A DNA stretch of 64,000 nt from Antedon mediterranea (lineage: Eukaryota > Animalia > Echinodermata). The notes beneath the pieces were generated by a model, which saw nothing but the letters and a program-made list of their open reading frames with translations, made no database searches and was not told where the DNA came from. The stretch spans positions 31,372,001 to 31,436,000 of the forward strand of contig NC_092674.1 of NCBI RefSeq assembly GCF_964355755.1. The letters are read 5' to 3'. Shown here in pieces: positions 52,101 to 61,100 of the stretch (position 1 is the first letter of the stretch; the number at the start of each line of letters is the position of its first letter). Made by a program: the position numbers and the translations under genes.

Positions 52101-55100
52101 TGAAATAAAGAATTGAAATAAAAATTATAAATTACCATCTGTAGTTTTCTTTTCGTCTTCTACTTCAATCTTCACATCACTTGCATCAGCATTTTCCTCA
52201 ACTGTTTCAGCTTCTTTATTCACAGAATCTACTACAGAAGTTACTGGTTCGGTTTCTTTTAGTACTGCTTCATTTGATCCTTTTTCTGTTTCTTTTCCAT
52301 CTGTTACTGGCTTTTTCTCTTCTGCTATTGGTTCCTTTACATCTCCTTCATATTCCTTAACTTCTGCCACTGATTCATTAACTTCTGCTACTGGATACTG
52401 AACTTCTGTCACTGATTCCTTAACTTCTGCTACTGGATTCTGAACTTCTGTCACTGATTCCTTAACTTCTGCTACTGGATTATGAATTTCTGCCACTGGT
52501 TCCTTCTGCACTTCTGCCACTGGTTCCTGCTTTACTTCTGCCACTGGTTCCTTCTTTACTTCTGCCACTGGTTCCTTCTTTACTTCTGCCACTGGTTCCT
52601 TCTTTACTTCTGCCATTGATTCCTTCTTTCCTTCTGCCACTGATTCCTGCTTCACTACAGGTGACTTTGGTTCATTCTTGGGTAATGAATCCTGACTAAC
52701 AACAGACCCAGATGTGCTTCTATGGCGTCTACCTCCAGATTCCTTCTCAATGATGTCACGGTAACGTGCCACCATTAGTACTGAGATAAAGTATACGATG
52801 GAAAGAGACAAGAATTGGGCTTGCTTGCTTTCCTCCTGAAGTAAAAAAGTTTACGAAAATTAAATACTTTTAATTAATGCATTGTATCTTTATAAAGACT
52901 TATCATCATGTATGATGGTTGTGAATGTTTTGTTTGTTTTACCATTTCTGTCGAGGAAAACAATTTTTCCATGTACACATTTTTATATATTGAACAAATT
53001 TGATTTTTATATTCAAACTGTCTGTACTTACAACATCTCTGTAGACAACTGCCCTTAACCTATGAATATCCATATCTTGTAACAATCGTTCAATTTCACG
53101 TACAGGTGACATTGGGCCAGTAAGATTATCCACTATGTTCTGTGCAAAATTGAACAATTATAAAATTGTAAACAAATCAACAAAACCATGTATTTAACAA
53201 TGAATGGATGATGTCAAAGTATTTCAATTTACAGTCAGAGATCAATACTACAGGTTCTTGCAAATAACAAAATATTTTTGGTTTAATTGATAAAAAAAGC
53301 AGTCAAATATTTTGGTTTTCTAGAGTCTCCAGCAGGAGAGGTCTGAGTAAATCATAGTAACTGAAATATAAATTTACTTAATGAAACAGAAAATGAATTA
53401 AACTAAAGGTTATTCATGAAAGAAAACATACTGGAAAGAACAAAATTGTGATACAGTGTTAGTACATGAACCTAATATCTTAACAATACATTACATTATA
53501 CATTCATTACTAAATCTCTGTCTACACTATCAAACTTTATGTGACAAAAAAAATGTGATGTGCCCATATATGGACATGATGTCATAGCACTACGATATTA
53601 AGGCATATCACAACCATATTTGGGAACATCACACTTTTTTTGTCAAATTAGTTTAAACTTTATGAAAATGTTCTTGGATGAAAAAACTAGTTGGTAATGT
53701 ATAAAAACTTCTCAACAGTTAGATTTACCTACCACTTCATGTGTTCACCTATTTGAACTAAAAACTTAGCATGGACTTATACCGAGATAGTAGGTGAAAC
53801 ACATGCAGGGATGTTTATTTGTATAATTTGGGCTTACTGCAAGGTGGGAGTATACCAGTCCTGGTAAATTTACATGCTACAAATAATGAATATTGTATAT
53901 TTGCATAGAATTTAAATTTCTGATTCTTTACCGACTATAAAATAATACTACAATATATAAACCATGGATTGTTGCATCAAATGAATAAAACCCACAAATC
54001 ATATAGTGCCTTTCAATCAATATATCATTTATAGTAACCATTGTGTAACAATATCAACTGTAACTGGTATAAAACTCTGTTGAAGAGAAGTGATAACAAA
54101 CTTCGAGAAAGTTAAACAAACGGTGACTTTTATATGAAAGGATAGTTAGAAACAGGAATGAATTTATGTACAGTATACACTAAAGGAATAAAACATAACA
54201 AATAGAAAAGTAACTCATTAATAAATATAACTCAACATTATTCTAATTGGTTTTGGAAAGTAGTAGACAAATAATCAAGGATAACCAAACCTTAAATCAA
54301 TAGAAATATGGTTGAAGAAAACAAAACAAAGAGAGAGTAGCTAATGTGCGGTGTAGTCATGTTAGTCATGTTATTTTAACATAATTTCATCTAAAAAAAA
54401 TTATTATCTCAAAAATAGTTTATAAATTGGTAGGCCAACATTTTGTTGTAAAAACATTTCCAAATAAACTGTGATGTTAGTTTTCAAGTTAGATAAAGGA
54501 AGTAGGAATTGTTTGAAATGAATGAAGGTTAAATTAAATTTTTCCAAGAAAATGCTTTAGCACAGATTTAGAAATGATGTCATGTATTCACGAAACGTGA
54601 TTGGTGAACTTGGGTACCATGTGACAGCCTTTAATTGTGCGGTGCTACTAATCCAAATATTTGGAAACACATGTCCGGAAGTACAACATGCATTGTAGAA
54701 ATATCACTTACAGGGCTAGCTCTCGCGTCAATTGAAGACGCTTTGATATTCAAATGATGGAAACGTGTAGTTCTGTGATGCTATAGGGAAAGAGAAATGA
54801 TTAGCTTAACGTGATTACACATATTAACAACAGTTTTTATGATCAGAAGTGCAAGAAAAAGTGAAAAAAATATGATATACCTTTACAGTTGAAGTTTTCT
54901 TCATGCCGAATAACTACACAGGAAAACAACGGATGAGAGAAGCGAAAACAAAGAAAAAAAAATCCAGAAACAAATAAACAAAAGCCAAAACATCACCAGA
55001 ATTAGAAAATACATATGTGATTGTTCATAGCTTGGGTTAAAGAGTACCTTAACATTCAATTATTAAGCTGTTCACTTAACTTGAAATATTTTTTTTAATT

Positions 55101-58100
55101 GAAAGACATTTCAGATTTTCTTTTCCTGACTTTTGTGAATTAAATGTTTCATATTAATAGAATACACAGTACAGTATTAAGGAACATCTAATAAATGTTG
55201 GATAATCTATTTTTTACATTCAATTGATCAAACTGACATAGTTAAGCAACTCTTCAAACCCATTTGAAAGAACTTAATTTGTTCCACATCTCAATAAGCA
55301 TAAATACAATAGCAGGACAAAGACACAAATATTTAAATTCTTTTTTTTTTATCAATTTAAAATAAATTTTCAGAAAATATAAGCATTTTAATAGATTCAC
55401 TTGTATTAATTCAATGATGAAAGAGTTAATAAAACTCTATATAAAAATAAGTTATAACATTTAGATAAAAGCAAACAGTGGAAACCACAGCATTCTTTAC
55501 TATAGCTATATGCTTCTCCATTCAAAGTTGTTTTGAGAAATAATTAATTTATCAAAAATAAATAAAAAAACAAAAAACGAATCCTCATGCCTACAAACAT
55601 TAGTAGAGCAGGCATGTCTAAATGTGCAATCACCCAGTTGCTTACATGCGCATTCCCTAGCATGTGGTCATGTGACTATGTCTCTATTGTATAAAATGGT
55701 TGTGTTCACATTGTCTCATTATTATTATATACCCTGCATATATATATGTCAATTTTCAAATAAGCAAAACTGATGCTTTGTTTGGTATGGAATAAAACAA
55801 TTTTTTAGGAGTACATACTGTATATTCCTTTAATGTTGTTCCACTAAAAATGTTAGGAGTCTTATAATATTTCACCATAAAAAATATAATAGGTTTCTTT
55901 TGTATAATAATCAGACAGCGTGAACAGCAGTGTAATTAGTGTGATCTTAGTGTGTGTTTATACTGTTAGTTTACCGATGGTAGATGTTTGTAGTGGATCA
56001 AAACGTCTTCCAAATTTTCCTTGTTCTTGTTGTACAAAATAAATGACATTTCATTATAATTGTTAATAGGTAAATATAAATATCAGTATAGTCTTATGTT
56101 ATTTTTGTTGCATTAAATTTAGCTCTCTGATTTATTTACTTAATTAATTAGTTTCTTTCTAATTATGTAAGTATGCAATGTTTAAATACCTATTCTATTA
56201 GATTATGGTCAACCAAGTAATTGTACAATTTGATGCATTATAATGTTTACAATTAGCAGGAAGAACACTCTCTAGCAAAAGCATCTTTTATGAAAAGGAT
56301 GAAATAAAAACATTACACACATAAGCGATGGAATAGTAAGAACTAATCCTAAATATAAATTAATGCTACATTTGCGATGATTAATAGCACTAATTCTTAA
56401 CATAAATGCAACATCATTAATTTAAACTAAAATAAATAAATTTAAAACGACAGAACATCACATTTATAACATGCAAATTAAAGATTTTCCTAATCAAAAA
56501 TATTTTACATGAACACAATGATCTAAACATTGATTTACATCAATGGCAATATGAAACTTGTAAGATGGCAAACAATGAGATAAAACAGCAGAAACCTGAT
56601 TTAAAACAGAAATTTAAAGTACATGGCAAGAAGCTTAATGTTAGTTTTAAAATGTTAGTTCATTCAGTTAACAAAAGACTACCTGAACATGCAAACATAA
56701 TCATTCACACTTTTTCAGCAACCAATCACAATCACTAACACACAGTCCTTATGAAACATCAGCCAATCAAAATCACTAACACACAGTCCTTATGAAACAT
56801 CAGCCAATCACAATTACTAACACACAGCCCTTAGGAAACATCAGCCAATCACAATCACTAACACACAGCCCTCAGGAAACATCAGCCAATCACAATCACT
56901 AACACACAGTCCGCCTTAGAAAACATCCGCCAATCACTTGAGAATTAGCCTCAAAACACAAATAACACATACAACAACAATTAATTAATTCAAGAAATGT
57001 TATAAACTGCAAATGAATAACAAGCCACAGCAAAGTACATACAATGACTGCATCAAGCAAAAAACAACTCTCCATCTACATGTACTCTTGCAATCCCTTT
57101 ATCTCAATTTGGACAGGTCCACTCTATTATTATCCATTCATTATATGCCACTACTCAAACATTCATAATCTACCGATTGGACACCTACATATCTCTACAC
57201 ACAAGGCTCTATTTCATTATAAAAGTCAACAACTAACCACGAAAAAAGTCTTGAAAAGATCCTCCATTCCCTCTCCATCTCATTTCTCCATCCACATGCC
57301 ATCTCTCTATCAACAAGCTATCAATGTGCAAGCTGTATGCAACAAGTATAACTTACCTTAGGTGATGGATGTGTAGCATTTATAACACTTTGCAATCGTT
57401 GTCCTGGGCTTTCCTCTAGTTGTCCACTGCGTATACTTGCACCAGCTGATGCTGGGCTTTGTCTAAACCTACACTCTAAAACATTCCTGATTGCACAATA
57501 GCAGGCTGTAGATACATACAAAATAAATCATTATACATACAGCTTTAGTGTCATGGTGTATAGCATGGTATAAACGTAGTACATTAGCAGTGAAGTCAAC
57601 TGATACTAACTGGATATGTAGATCTTTGATAGCAAAACCAGTAATGTACACTTACGTTTGCAAGCCAGTTTCGTCAGGAGCTGATCATAAATATGTGATA
57701 GTTGGCGCGCACCAACTATCACATATTTATGATTAGCTCCTGACGACGACTGGTCCCCCTAGGCTACACACCAAAAACATCCAGTGGCTGGAAAGGAGAC
57801 CAATCGGCGTCATAACGCATAGCAACTGAAGAAGTACAGCTAGACGAAACTGTCTTGCAACGTAAGTTTACATTACTGGTTTACTATCAAAGAACTACAT
57901 ATCAATATACTATCGAAACCAGAGGAAATGTATCTGTCAATGACGGCCAACTAGTAAATTCAAATTGACCAGATTCAGTATTAAACATTAGAAAAACAAC
58001 CAACAAACAAACTTACACAGCCTTAAGCATTGCCTTAAGATACCACCTTTATTCATGTTTTTCTCAGTTTCTAGCTCCCCAAAGTTTTGGCTGCTGGCAA

Positions 58101-61100
58101 ACACCAGTACATCAACAAGGTTGATGATCCTGTTCAGGAACGTGATACCAACATCTAAAGGAAGGTCTTGTGTTGGCTCAATCACATCAGTCTCATTCTA
58201 TAAAAGTCAAATTTAGATCAAACTTTCCATAACAAAGTTTTTAGACTGGTAGTGTTGATAGCAATAAACGACAAGGGGTGAAATTAATCTACTCTTTCGA
58301 AAAGATTCCTTTAGTGCACACAAGACACATTTGTATACCAGACCTCTATTTTAAAGTCATCCTAGAAAACGTATTTACTACCAGAACATGACCAAAGAGA
58401 GCCTTGAACATATGCCAATAGTATAGCTGTTTTACAATCAATGAACTACACATATTATAGCTGTAGTTTGCAGTGTATTAAAAGGAGAAAATGTAAACAA
58501 ACTAAACTTACAGATCTGGATGTGGCTGTTGAAAGAAGGGGTAGGATTCCACCGCAGGCATATATCAGATTGTCAGAGATCTGTGAGATGAGTTGAGTAA
58601 CATTCTGGACAAAGATTATATTCTCAGCAGAGTTGACTAAATCTATGACTGTCTTACTATTGTGGCTGTAATGAGATTAAAAAGGTGTTAACAAAAACCA
58701 TGAATCATACATTCAAGCACTCTGAACTAAACTACATAAATCTCAACAAGAAATCAGCATAAAATATTCTACCAATGTATTCTCATAGTTGATACATTGT
58801 TGCATGGCCAAGGAGAGATCCAGGGGGTCATCTTGGACCCAATTTTGACACCTAAAATGAACTACTGGTTGTTGTTGACAAGACTATCAATATTATGTCA
58901 ATGCTCTCCTATCAGTTAGCATAAAAAAGCTAGAACTTTTATGCATCTCAGGTAGATACGTTTTACACAACCATTATGAATGGAATAAAAAAAAGAACCT
59001 TTGTGCATATCTTTTGCCAGAAGTAACATTGTATGGACACAGACAAAGGTATACTTTGTTACACAGCCATTATGCCTTTATGCTTAGCACTTAATATATG
59101 ATATGCGACCTTACCTTCTCCAAACTTGTATATCAGTTTCAATAGCAAACAAAAGGTCAGACATCATTCTTTGATGCATCATGGACCATTTAAACTCTGG
59201 TATTCTATAAGGTGCTCTATGTGGCCCTGGACTAAAGTACTGGCCTGGTTGGGCTGAGTTAACTTGACCTTGTTGTGTGACCTCACCAACGTGATTTACT
59301 TGCTCAGATGTCTCTTGCTATCAAGATTTAAGAAAAAAATATATATAGGTAAAAATATATATAGGTAAGCCTTAAGGAAAATATATATAGGTAAGCCTTA
59401 AGGAAAATATATATAGGTAAGCCTTAAGGAAAATATATATAGGTAAGCCTTAAGGAAAATATATATAGGTAAGCCTTAAGGAAAATATATACAAGTTTTT
59501 GTAAGGATAACAGTAGTAATAATCTAAATATAAATCCATTCATTAAATCATTAGTGTAAATACCATTTCCGTTTTGTTATGATTTGTATAAATAGTACAA
59601 TATAGCAAAGTACAATTGAAATTAACTGTATTACTTTTACTGTAGTTTGTTCTGTATTTTCAGTTTCTGCTTCATCCTTTCCTTCAGCTGCTTTACCATC
59701 TTCTCCATCCTGAATTGCATCTCCCCCAGAATTCACCTCATTTCCTGTAACATCAGCTCCAGCATCACTACCAGCATACTCTTCTGAGACGTTGATGTCA
59801 GTGCCATCTCCACCTGTCATGGCTGATAGGAGACTGTAGGGTTCAGGTGGACGAAGGTTAGAAGTGTCATCCATGACAGCAGAAACTGACATAGCACCAC
59901 CTGGGCTGTTTTCTCCTTGCCTCTGGTATCGTTCAAACGCCTTTATCAACTCAATTTTATGGTTCTCATACGATACCTGAAACACAAGTAAATTGATTAG
60001 AACATGCATATTATTATTACAGTCAACTCTCCCAATACTGGACACCTTTGGGCTGACCTAAAATGTCTGGTTTTTCGGAAAGTCTGGTATTCAAAATGTG
60101 TTTCTAATGGTAACAATGAATTTGGGACCTTTTGGACCGCAAGAAAAGTCTGATATTGGGAGACTTTCTGGTTTTCAGAGATTCCGGTATTGTCGATTGT
60201 AGCAGGAGTGCATTTTTGAGAATTTCTAAAAATTAAATTCGAAAAAACCCACCTTTGAATGAATAATTGAAAGAGTATCGACCCAGACACGCCAACCGCC
60301 CCATTCATACTTGAGGGCGTGGTGTAGCAGCATACGTAGGAGTGAGTAGACCATCTCACTTATTTTCTTCTCTTCATCCGTCTTTGGGTAGATGTATGAG
60401 AGACTTATCATCCAATCTTGCCAAACAGAGCATTGCAAGAGTGTTCTGCCGAAAAAGAAAATTAAATAATTTTAGTCAGACATCCAGAATTTATAATAAC
60501 ATGAATGGACTTAAGTTTTGTGTCCTAGAATTAAGTTTATCACATTCATTCTTATTTAACCATTTAAGCTGGTTCCTACCCATCAAAATTAGTGCCCATA
60601 AATCAATTTACCTGGGTAAATAAGACTGAATGGGCTGGTAGATAAGGTTAAGGTTGAGATAAAAGCACTTTAATTAAAAGAATATATATATAATACCTTC
60701 TGTTTTCTCTACTATGGTTAAATAGCAAGATCATGTCAGACAGGAACAGTCTCTTGACATGTTGTACAGATGCACTTGGAGTTGATTGACGCAGCAATCT
60801 AGCAATGATTTGGAACATACCTGAAAATATATAAAATATTCATGTAAATACTAGCCAACAAGTGAGTGAAAAACTTTAAAATGTGGAAACAAGTTATCTG
60901 GTTTCAGTAAAGTAATGGGTATTAACTGTGTTTTTTTATTCAATTATTTCTAATATTTTATTTTGTGAGAGGATTGATTGAGAAAGTTGTTTAACTTCTA
61001 AACCAGATTCTAACTAAAAAGGAAAAAAAAATATGTTATGTTAAAATGTACTACTATACTTTTTTTCTTGGTTGAATAAATATTACGACACGAAAAATAT

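Noticed and set aside
57235-57320. Purine-rich, exon-like segment just downstream of exon 57357-57505
   Set aside because: Would need an intron under about 50 nt, and the candidate boundaries tried break phase or hit stops
59352-59491. Repeated AGGTAAG donor consensus in the minisatellite
   Set aside because: On the strand opposite the host transcript
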